Below, in pieces: positions 55,850 to 64,000 of a stretch of 64,000 bases of DNA. The translations under genes were made by a program, and so were the position numbers. Within the stretch, counting starts at the first letter, position 1; each line of letters starts with the position of its first letter. The notes beneath the pieces are model-generated. The model did no database searches and was not told where the DNA came from. It saw nothing but the letters and a program-made list of their open reading frames with translations. Where the stretch lies: the NCBI GenBank assembly GCA_013314755.1, contig JABUFA010000018.1, positions 1,472 through 65,471 on the forward strand, given 5' to 3'. The stretch comes from Chthonomonadia bacterium. Lineage in GTDB: Bacteria; Armatimonadota; HRBIN16.

Positions 55850-56935
55850 ATGCGCATCCTCGCAGGGATATTGGCTTTGATACTGGGGACAGCTGTGCTG
55901 GCAGCGGCGCAGTCGGATATTGTGGTTGAGGCGTCGGGTATGTCCGCCATCCGCGCCGACCGCGCCGCTGCCATTGAGGAGGCGGTGCAGGACGCCAAAC
56001 GCAACGCAGTGGAGCAGGCGCTGGGCGTGCTGGTCAACGCCGAGGCGCTGGCGCAGAACTATGAGGTGGTGTGGGAGACCATTCGCACGCGCAGTACGGG
56101 CTATGTCCGGCGATGGGAGAGGCTCGGCGAGCCGGAATGGGATACGCGCAATGGACTGGTAAAGGTTCGTATCCGCGCGGTGGTGAGCGCGGCGGATGCT
56201 GTGAAAGACCTGTGGGAGATACCAGAAGTCTACGTCGCGCTGGAACGTCCGCGTGTCGGGGTGAAACTGCTCTCTGCGGACACTCGGCAGCCCGAGCCGC
56301 ACAGTACTTCCACGTTGATACATGCCCTGCGGGTGCGAGGGTTCGACGTGGCGGACAGCCACAGCGGTTCAGCGGAGGTGTTAATCACCGGCACCGTGCG
56401 TACCGAGGCGGGCATCAGGCTGGGTGACACGGACGCACCATACGGATTGGGCAATGTGGTGGCATCATACAAGGCGTACGCAGAGGTGCGCGTGGTGTGG
56501 GCGGATACCGGAGCGGTCATCGTGCCGTTGTTCCGCTGGGAGTGCGCCGGTTTCAGCTTCAACTCTAACGAGGAGGCACGGCAGGAGGCTCTGCGCAACC
56601 TGGGGCGCGAGCTGGTTGAAGAGAAGCAGGGTGCACTGAGCCAGAAGGTGCTGAGCGCGTGGATCACACAGTTGCAAAACGGATTGCGCGTGCAGCTGGT
56701 GGTGCGCGGAGTGGATTACCGAACGCTCTCTCAACTTTCGGACAGACTGCGTGACCTTCGTGGCGTCGTCAGCATCGAGCGCGAGCGCATGGAGGCAGGG
56801 GAGGGGATTATTGAAGCGGTTGTGCGACTGACGCCCGCTACTTTTCGCCGTCAGCTGATGCGGATGCAGATAGGCACAAAACGGCTATCCATCCTGCGCT
56901 ACTCGCCGAGCCTGGTGCGTCTGGCACTGCGCTAA
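55850..56935 (+). CDS. FlgT N-terminal-like domain protein
   Basis: Signal peptide; VEASG....RAAAIEEAVQDAKRNAVEQALGV.V....I.TRSTGYV...VRIRAVV; PRV motif. Confidence 0.7.
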   Translation: MRILAGILALILGTAVLAAAQSDIVVEASGMSAIRADRAAAIEEAVQDAKRNAVEQALGVLVNAEALAQNYEVVWETIRTRSTGYVRRWERLGEPEWDTRNGLVKVRIRAVVSAADAVKDLWEIPEVYVALERPRVGVKLLSADTRQPEPHSTSTLIHALRVRGFDVADSHSGSAEVLITGTVRTEAGIRLGDTDAPYGLGNVVASYKAYAEVRVVWADTGAVIVPLFRWECAGFSFNSNEEARQEALRNLGRELVEEKQGALSQKVLSAWITQLQNGLRVQLVVRGVDYRTLSQLSDRLRDLRGVVSIERERMEAGEGIIEAVVRLTPATFRRQLMRMQIGTKRLSILRYSPSLVRLALR

Positions 56936-56966
56936 GAATACAACAACCCGGAAGGAGATTTGCACA

Positions 56967-57869
56967 ATGAGATACTGGACAATCGTGCTGTGCGCTCTTG
57001 TCTGCGGGGCTGCCTTTGCGCAGACAGCTCCCAAAACGAGCCAGATGGTCGGTCTGGTGGAGAAAGTCGGAGACAAGGGCAAGATCGACTGGCAGTACGG
57101 GGTTATCTACGGTAAGGGGGTGGGTGCTATCCCCACCAACGAACCCAACAAGGCGAAGGCATACCTGAAGGCGCGCCGTTACGCCGTGATGACCGCGCTG
57201 GAGAACCTGTTGATGGTCACCGATAAAGTGCGCGTGGACGCGACCGCCTATGCAGAGGACTTCGAGGCGAAGAGTGAGCGCATTCGCACAGAGGTGCGCG
57301 GCTTCGTGAAGGGCGCTGAGGTGATAAACGAACGAACCATCACTCTTAACGGTGCGCCCGCGGTCGAGGTGACCATGGCGGTACGGATGTACGGCGATGA
57401 AGGGTTAAGCCGAATCCTGATACCCGAGGTGGCGGCGCAGTCTTCTACACCAAGCACCCTGCCTGTGGTTACGAAACCCGTTGCCAAATCCGCTCCTGCG
57501 CCTGCCCCACCACAGGAGACGAGTAACGCCTATACCAGCGTGATTATCGACACACGTGGGTTAGGCGTTCGCCCTGCGATGAGTCCCAAAATCCGCCGGC
57601 AGGACGGCAGTGAGGTATGGGGCACGGTCGGTGCCAGTTACGACTTCGTGATCGAACAGGGCATCGTGGTGTACGCCAAGACCCTCGAGGAGGCGAAGGC
57701 GCACAGGCGTGCAGGAAGCAATCCGCTGATACTGCGGGCGATTGGGTACGCGAAAACGCCCGGACGCTGTGACCCGGTGCTCTCCGATAACGATGTGCGC
57801 CTGCTGTTGACGGCAAACGACAACTCAGGCTTCCTGAACGAGTATCGGGTGATATTCGTGATAGATTAG
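56967..57869 (+). CDS. LPP20/FlgP-like exported protein
   Basis: IDW..GVI..KG.G, A...ARR.A...A..NL, V.GFVKGAEV; C-terminal YTSVIIDTRGLG.RPAMSPKI...RAGSNPL...RVIFVID. Confidence 0.7.
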   Translation: MRYWTIVLCALVCGAAFAQTAPKTSQMVGLVEKVGDKGKIDWQYGVIYGKGVGAIPTNEPNKAKAYLKARRYAVMTALENLLMVTDKVRVDATAYAEDFEAKSERIRTEVRGFVKGAEVINERTITLNGAPAVEVTMAVRMYGDEGLSRILIPEVAAQSSTPSTLPVVTKPVAKSAPAPAPPQETSNAYTSVIIDTRGLGVRPAMSPKIRRQDGSEVWGTVGASYDFVIEQGIVVYAKTLEEAKAHRRAGSNPLILRAIGYAKTPGRCDPVLSDNDVRLLLTANDNSGFLNEYRVIFVID

Positions 57870-58138
57870 TATCGGTTCACAATCCCACAGCCCCCTCCCG
57901 GTGGGAGGTATCCTGTCTGGCGAGAGGGCTGTGGGCACTCCTGGTGATGGGATAAAGAACGGGTGCTCTATTCTGGTGTTTGCCCTTTCAGGCGCCTCAG
58001 CTCTTCCTCCAGACCCTGGGAGTCTGCGTGACAGCCATTTACCTCACCTCATCCCTATTATACCCGAAGGCAAGAGGAAGCTCCTTCGCTGATAGCCAAA
58101 GAAATCAAGGTGTAAACATTCTGCAGGAGGAGCATAGG

Positions 58139-59209
58139 ATGGCAGAATTCCGAGTGGGTTTTATCGGCACAGGGCGCAAACCCGAGCGTGCTGGTCCGAT
58201 GGGTTATGCAATGGCATATGCGCACGCCGATGCTTATAAGCTTCTGTCTGATTGCAAGCTGGTGGCGTGCGCCGATATCGTCGAGGAGAACGCGCGTGCC
58301 TTCGCGCAAGCTTACGGTATCTCTGCTGTGTACACCAGCCATCGAGAGATGCTGGAAAAGGAGCAGCTGGACATTGTGAGCATCTGCACCTGGCCCATGA
58401 CACACGCGGAGCTGGTGATAGATTGCGCGGTGGCGGGTGTCAAGGCGATCCACTGCGAGAAGCCGATGGACTACACCTGGGGCGCGGCACGTCTGATGGC
58501 GCAGGAGTGCGAGCGGCGCGGCGTCAGGCTGACATTCAATCACCAGCGACGGTTTGGCAAGCCGTTCCGCATGGCGAAGCAGATTCTGGATGAAGGGGTG
58601 ATCGGAGAACTGCTTCGCGTGGAGTTCGGCGCAGGCAACCTCTACGACTACGGCTCCCATAACTTTGACATGTGCAACTACTTCAATAACGAGACCCTCG
58701 CCGAGTGGGTGATTGCACAGATTGACTATCGCACCGAGAATCTGGTTTTCGGCACGCACAACGAGAACCAGGCATATGCCCTGTGGAAGTACCGCAACGG
58801 CGTGTGGGGTGTGGCTTCCACAGGAGCGGGCGCCAGATTGATAGGGGCACACCACCGCATCATCGGCAGTGATGGGCTGATAGAGATTGGCAGTATGGAG
58901 CCGGGTGCGCCCGTTCTGCGCTACCGTCGGTTTGGGAAAGGCGAATGGGAAGTGGTGGACTGCGGCAACGAGGGCTTGCACGGACCGGGCTACATTGAGC
59001 GGGCAATTGCCGACATCGTGACCGCCCTGCGAGAAGGAGGCGAGTCGGAACTGTGCGCCCGCAACGCGCTCAACGCCACCGAAATCATCTTCGCCTGCTA
59101 CGAGTCGGTGCGACGGCGAGGACGGGTGGAACTGCCGCTGACCATTACCGACAACCCTCTGGTTGACCTGGTGGAACGGGGAGAGATCAAACCCGCTCCG
59201 AAGGGATAA
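58139..59209 (+). CDS. Gfo/Idh/MocA family oxidoreductase
   Basis: VGFIGTG, CEKPM, NHQRRF, DYGSH; AGGAGG RBS. Confidence 0.9.
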   Translation: MAEFRVGFIGTGRKPERAGPMGYAMAYAHADAYKLLSDCKLVACADIVEENARAFAQAYGISAVYTSHREMLEKEQLDIVSICTWPMTHAELVIDCAVAGVKAIHCEKPMDYTWGAARLMAQECERRGVRLTFNHQRRFGKPFRMAKQILDEGVIGELLRVEFGAGNLYDYGSHNFDMCNYFNNETLAEWVIAQIDYRTENLVFGTHNENQAYALWKYRNGVWGVASTGAGARLIGAHHRIIGSDGLIEIGSMEPGAPVLRYRRFGKGEWEVVDCGNEGLHGPGYIERAIADIVTALREGGESELCARNALNATEIIFACYESVRRRGRVELPLTITDNPLVDLVERGEIKPAPKG

Positions 59210-59265
59210 AGACCGCAGGTGGAGGGCAAATGTCTCCGGGCATCAACTTGCGGGGGAGGGAAGAA

Positions 59266-62200
59266 ATGCGAACACTGGTGACAGCGCTGACCGCTATTCT
59301 CCTGCTCAGTCTGTCCTGCAGTGCGCAGGCTCTCTGGCACACAGACCTGTGGGGTGGATCCGCCGGCTACTGGCGATTACGTGTACCGGTGCTGGTGCAA
59401 AATCGCTCATCGTCCGATGTCAAAGGCTATGTCCTGAATCTGCGCATCGGTGACGGGGAAGGGGAACTGCCTCTGGCGGGTCAACCACAGGAGAAACTGC
59501 GCATCTGCAACTCGCAGGGCACAGAGTTCCTGTATGAGGTCATTTCATCGGGACGAGCGTCTGCTGTCCTGCGCAAAGGCGACGAGATTCGGTTTGCCGT
59601 GGATGTGCCTGCGAACGGGCGAGAGACCTACTATGTGTACACAGGCAACCCCGTCGCTCTGCCCGGAGACAGCCTCCCACTCCGCGCTTCTCTGCGCAAC
59701 GGCGGATTCGAAGAGGGACAACGGTCGCCTGCTCACTGGAGCGCCGGGCTAACTTCGCCTCAGCATCTGGCACAGTACCGACGTCAGGAGGGCAGAAACG
59801 GAAGCGCGTGCGTTTACCATCGGGTGGTGCAGGGGGCACCGCCGGCATGGGTGCAGTGGTCGCAGGCAAACATTCTGGTAACGCCCGGAAGGCGCTATAT
59901 CCTGCGTGGATGGGTGCGCGCACGCAACACAAAGGGACAGGTGGGCTACTATGTGCACGTAAACGGCGTTCGTCCCCAGATGGTAAACATCGTTCAGAGC
60001 GCGGGAGAGGGAACTTACGACTGGAGACAGGTGGAGATTCGCTTCGAGGTTCCGCCAGGCGGGCAGACCGCGACCGTGGGCACGGTGCTCTATGGTGAAG
60101 GCGAGGCGTGGTACGACGATGTGAGTTTGGAAGCGGAAGGAGATGGCGCTTCTGCTCCCGTTCGCTGGCAGGTGCTTCCCCTGGAAGAGAGGCGCTTGAA
60201 ACCCATTCTCGCCCGGCACGATGTGTGGGACAAGACGTGGCTGGTGCGTGCGTCGGTGCTGGTGCGAAACTTCGAGCCGGATGCGGTTCAGCGGGCGGTC
60301 ACCATCTCCCTCCCCCGCGCGGTGCATATGGTCAGGCGCCTGGCGGGAATCGTGCAAACACCCTTGCGTGTGCAGGTGGTTGACCCCCAGAGCGGTCGTA
60401 CGCTGCCTGCTACATGGATCGGGGACACCCTGTGCTTCGAGGCACGTCTGCAACCGCTCAGTGAGCATCGCTTCGACGTGTATCTCTCCCGTGAACAGGC
60501 GGGCAAAGAATCGCTGGATAATTACCAGAAGCTGCTGCACAGCCCGGCGAATATGGCGCGGGAAGGCGATTTCGAATCGCGCGAGCGCGTTTTTGAACTG
60601 TGGTCACCGGGCGGCGAGGCAACGGGTGCTCAGGGTTTTACCGCAGAGGTGGTGTCGCCCGGCAGGTTCGGCAAGAACGCACTTCGCCTGCACGTGCCGC
60701 CGGAGCGACAACCCGACTGGCTGGGCTGGCGTTTACTCAACGTGCCGGTCCGACCAAACACGCGCTACCTGTACACCGCCTGGGTGAAGACGCAGGGCAT
60801 CACCGGCGGCACGGTGGACATTCACGGGCATTTCAAGGCAGCGGACAACAGCCTTGCTAAAGGTGCACAGTTCTTCTCCAGCGGAAGAAGGTTGTCGGGA
60901 GATAGCGACTGGACGCTTTGCAGTGCCGAGGTGGTCACGCCAGCGGACGCGCACCACGTGGAACTGCACCTGACAATGAACACGCACGGCACGCTGTGGC
61001 ACGACGGCGTCATCTTCATGCCGGTGGAGCAGGGCGTTGTGTTGCGTGTGGAGGCGAACCCCGCGCTGTTGCCTCGTGACGCGCTGTCGGTGTGGCAGGT
61101 CAACCCGCTGGTGAAAGTATTCCCTGACGACCCGCCCCGCCCGACGAGCAAGCAGGTGGCTATCGCGTGCGCCCGCAACGAGTGGGAGCCTCTGCAAATC
61201 GCCCTGTGGAGCAGTAAGCCTCTGCAGAAGGTCAGCATTCGCATTTCACCGCTGAGACACGCCTCTGGAGCCACTCTGCCGCCACCGCGTCTGTACCGTG
61301 TGCTGACAGTTCCTGTGGATATTCCAACCAACTACTACGTGAGCCGCCTTCCGCAATACTGCCGACACGTGCCGCGCGGCGCCCCGTCCTGCGACGGCTG
61401 GGCAGGGGAGTGGCCCGACCCGCTGATGCAGGGAGATACGTTTGACCTACCAGCCCGGCGCACGCAGGTTGTGTGGATAGATTGCTATGTGCCCCAGGGT
61501 GCACCTGCGGGAGAATATCGTGGTACGCTTGCGGTGCTGGCTGGGCAGAAGCAGCTGGTGCAGATACCCCTGCGCGTGACCGTGTGGAACTTCATCCTGC
61601 CGAAGAGGAGCCACCTGCGTATTGTATACGACCTGCGCTCGGGACCCGGCTGGGATGTGACGGACGGTGAGCGGACGGAGACGCTCAGGCAGTGGTATCG
61701 GCTGATGGCGGAACACCGGGTGAACCCTGATGTGGTGCTTCCCATGCCCGAGTTCCGGGTGGAGGGAGGGCAGATAGTCATGGACGCCTCCCGCTTCGAG
61801 CCGATGGCACGATACGCTTTTGACGAGCTTGGGTTCAACCACTGCTACACACCGTGGGTCTTCTACGCGCTGGGGTGGGCGTATCCGCTTGCACCGAAGT
61901 TCGGTTTTGCGCCGCGCACCCTGGAGTACGAGAAGACTCTGCGCGAGGCGTACGCCCAGCTGGTGGACTATTTCACCCGCAACGGCTGGCGCGACAGGCT
62001 GATATATTACCTTTCCGACGAGCCGCACCTGAACAACCCGCAGGTCGTCGCCGACCTGCGATACTTCATCAGCATTATCAAACCCGTCGCGCCGGACGTG
62101 CCTATCTTTTCCAGTACGTGGTACCACTCGCCGGAGCTGGATGGATACCTGACCATGTGGGGCATCGGGCAGTTCGGTGGGTTCCCCGTGCAGAAGATGC

Positions 62201-62748
62201 GCGAGCGACGAGCAGCGGGCGACCGTTTGCTGTTCACGACCGACGGGCAGCAGGCTTTGGACACACCTTACCTCGCCACCGAACGGCTCCTGCCCCTGTA
62301 CTGCTTTGTCTACGACGTGGAGGGCTACGAGTTCTGGGGCTTCTCGTGGTGGACGCATAACCCCTGGCAGAAGGGCTGGCATCAGTACATTCTGCAGAGC
62401 GACCAGGGGCAGGATTTCTACTGGATACGCTACCCCAACGGCGACGGGTATCTGGCGTACCCTTCGCCGGCAGGGGGAACCGGTCCCGCCCCAAGCATCC
62501 GCCTGAAGGCAGTGCGTGAAGGCGCAGAGGACTACGAGTATTACCTGCTGTGGCAGGAGGCGGTGGAGCGTGCACGCCAGCGGGGACAGGACGTCTCTTC
62601 AGCCGAGGCACTGCGCCGGCAGATGGAATCGCTGGTGCCGATACCCAACGCCGGCGGACTGCGCTCGACGCAGATACTGCCTGACCCGGATGCGGTCTAC
62701 CGTCTGCGACAGGAGATAGCCCGACAGATTTTGCGGTGGCAGGAGTAA
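59266..62748 (+). CDS. Secreted DUF4091 / GH123-like glycoside hydrolase with two CBM-like modules
   Basis: Signal peptide; NGGFE..WYDDV and EGDFE..WHDG modules; ARNEWEPLQ, WPDPL, YLSDEP, GDGYLAYP, PSIRLKAVREGAEDYEY. Confidence 0.82.
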   Translation: MRTLVTALTAILLLSLSCSAQALWHTDLWGGSAGYWRLRVPVLVQNRSSSDVKGYVLNLRIGDGEGELPLAGQPQEKLRICNSQGTEFLYEVISSGRASAVLRKGDEIRFAVDVPANGRETYYVYTGNPVALPGDSLPLRASLRNGGFEEGQRSPAHWSAGLTSPQHLAQYRRQEGRNGSACVYHRVVQGAPPAWVQWSQANILVTPGRRYILRGWVRARNTKGQVGYYVHVNGVRPQMVNIVQSAGEGTYDWRQVEIRFEVPPGGQTATVGTVLYGEGEAWYDDVSLEAEGDGASAPVRWQVLPLEERRLKPILARHDVWDKTWLVRASVLVRNFEPDAVQRAVTISLPRAVHMVRRLAGIVQTPLRVQVVDPQSGRTLPATWIGDTLCFEARLQPLSEHRFDVYLSREQAGKESLDNYQKLLHSPANMAREGDFESRERVFELWSPGGEATGAQGFTAEVVSPGRFGKNALRLHVPPERQPDWLGWRLLNVPVRPNTRYLYTAWVKTQGITGGTVDIHGHFKAADNSLAKGAQFFSSGRRLSGDSDWTLCSAEVVTPADAHHVELHLTMNTHGTLWHDGVIFMPVEQGVVLRVEANPALLPRDALSVWQVNPLVKVFPDDPPRPTSKQVAIACARNEWEPLQIALWSSKPLQKVSIRISPLRHASGATLPPPRLYRVLTVPVDIPTNYYVSRLPQYCRHVPRGAPSCDGWAGEWPDPLMQGDTFDLPARRTQVVWIDCYVPQGAPAGEYRGTLAVLAGQKQLVQIPLRVTVWNFILPKRSHLRIVYDLRSGPGWDVTDGERTETLRQWYRLMAEHRVNPDVVLPMPEFRVEGGQIVMDASRFEPMARYAFDELGFNHCYTPWVFYALGWAYPLAPKFGFAPRTLEYEKTLREAYAQLVDYFTRNGWRDRLIYYLSDEPHLNNPQVVADLRYFISIIKPVAPDVPIFSSTWYHSPELDGYLTMWGIGQFGGFPVQKMRERRAAGDRLLFTTDGQQALDTPYLATERLLPLYCFVYDVEGYEFWGFSWWTHNPWQKGWHQYILQSDQGQDFYWIRYPNGDGYLAYPSPAGGTGPAPSIRLKAVREGAEDYEYYLLWQEAVERARQRGQDVSSAEALRRQMESLVPIPNAGGLRSTQILPDPDAVYRLRQEIARQILRWQE

Positions 62749-62764
62749 CGGAAAGGAGGGACAG

Positions 62765-64000
62765 ATGCAGGCGATTCAGGCACGTCTCGTCCTCTTCGCC
62801 GACAAGTCGCTCGGCAGGGTGAACCGCTGGATATTCGGCAACAACATGCTGGGCTATCAGAAGGGAGGCTGGCCCCACGCCGAGCCGGTGTACCACGACC
62901 GCGGGGCTGGCATCTGGGACCCCGAGCGAAGACGCCCTGTGCCTGAGATGGTCGCGCTGGCTCGCAACATCGGGCTGAGTGTGGCACGCTATCCCGGCGG
63001 ATGCGGAGTGCACCTTTTTGACTGGAAACGGACGGTGGGACCGCTGGAGGACCGCCCTGAACAGCAGTTCGGTTTGCCCGAGTTCCTGCGCTGTTGCGAG
63101 GCGATGGGGGCGATACCGCTCATCACCATTGCCGATTACTTCGGCACGGCGCAGGACGCCGCCGATATGGTGGAGTATCTGAACGCTCCAGCCGATGCCC
63201 GTCATTCCTGGGCGCAGGTCAGACGGCGCGACGGCAGAAGCCAGCCATGGAATGTCGTCTACTTTGAGTACGGCAACGAAACCGAGCATGGGGACCACCG
63301 CTCGCGCCGGATGAGCCCGCAGGAGTACGCGCGGAACTACTTGGAGTACCGCCGGGCGATGAAGGCAGTGGATAGCCGCATCAAGCTGGGAGCGGTGGTG
63401 GCGACGGGCTTTCCCAGACTGGACGAGTGGGCGCGTCCGGTGCTGAAAATTATCGGTAAAGAGGTGGACTTTGTCATCCATCACAGCTACCTTCCCACCT
63501 ACTATCGCGACGACGGCGTACCTCCTGCCGGGGAGTTGTTCGCACTCGCGCTTGCGTGCCCCGACCAGATACAGAGCTACTACGACGACCTGCGTCGTCT
63601 GCTTCGTGAAACCACCGGACGCGACAACGTGCCCATCGCCGTCACCGAGTTCAACGGGCATTTTGTGCAGGAGAAGCCGGTCCCTTACCGTCATACGCTG
63701 GGAAACGCCCTGCTGAACGCCGAGATGCTGAGGGTGTTCTTGAACCCGAAAAACCGTATCCTGATGGCGAACTTCTGGCAGTTCTGCAACGAATACTGGG
63801 GGGCGGTGAAGGGCTACGTGCACCTGGGCGAACCGCTGGTGAAGCGACCGCAGTATTATCCCTTCGAACTCTACCACCACCACTTTGGAGACGATCTGGT
63901 GGAAGCAAAGGTGGAATGTGCGCGGTTTGAAGTAGAGGGCGGTTATGGCGTCGCTCCAGCACGCGGGAAGGGGCATTCGGGAGGCGTAACAGGCGCACCG
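62765..64000 (+). CDS. GH51 alpha-L-arabinofuranosidase-like protein (runs off window end)
   Basis: Manual translation MQAIQARL...IFGNN...RYPGGC...DWK.TVGP...FGLPEF...AADMVEYLN...FEYGNE...IAVTEFN; GGAGG RBS. Confidence 0.85.
   Translation, partial: MQAIQARLVLFADKSLGRVNRWIFGNNMLGYQKGGWPHAEPVYHDRGAGIWDPERRRPVPEMVALARNIGLSVARYPGGCGVHLFDWKRTVGPLEDRPEQQFGLPEFLRCCEAMGAIPLITIADYFGTAQDAADMVEYLNAPADARHSWAQVRRRDGRSQPWNVVYFEYGNETEHGDHRSRRMSPQEYARNYLEYRRAMKAVDSRIKLGAVVATGFPRLDEWARPVLKIIGKEVDFVIHHSYLPTYYRDDGVPPAGELFALALACPDQIQSYYDDLRRLLRETTGRDNVPIAVTEFNGHFVQEKPVPYRHTLGNALLNAEMLRVFLNPKNRILMANFWQFCNEYWGAVKGYVHLGEPLVKRPQYYPFELYHHHFGDDLVEAKVECARFEVEGGYGVAPARGKGHSGGVTGAP

Noticed and set aside
1..64000. tRNA, rRNA, prophage, transposase or defence-system genes
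   Set aside because: None recognised by eye; the intergenic gaps are short and lack cloverleaf or rRNA signatures. A covariance-model scan would be needed to exclude small ncRNAs.

Overview
GC-rich bacterial chromosomal window. Gene content (DUF1559/H-X9-DG prepilin-like protein, DUF6785-type membrane protein, many secreted CAZymes, exosortase/EpsI, SLH domains) suggests an Armatimonadota-like organism; this is inference only. It contains about 45 CDSs: carbohydrate-active enzymes (heparinase II/III-like lyase, clan-A GH, GH10, GH42-like, DUF4091/GH123-like, GH51), proteases (M42, two S8, tricorn S41), housekeeping genes (folE2, hemW, trm1, Fur/PerR, split transketolase) and an EPS-export/exosortase locus. 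No rRNA, tRNA, CRISPR array, integrase or transposase was recognised. Most notable observations: (1) a four-gene operon encoding two CsgG/FlgO-like SLH proteins, an FlgT-N-like protein and an LPP20/FlgP-like protein, a candidate wall-anchored envelope ring outside any flagellar context; (2) a cytoplasmic GH42-like enzyme with a ~225-aa RNase E-like Arg-patch/acidic disordered region; (3) a polyprenyl-phosphate phosphoribosyltransferase and GtrA flippase embedded in the exosortase/EPS operon; (4) an integron attC-like site directly after a methyltransferase gene, with no integrase nearby; (5) a cluster of reading-frame lesions at 43.1-46.4 kb, including an in-frame TAG in a HAD phosphatase; (6) a mosaic cluster of two REP families; (7) an archaeal/eukaryotic-type Trm1. 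All family assignments come from motif recognition by eye, not database searches.
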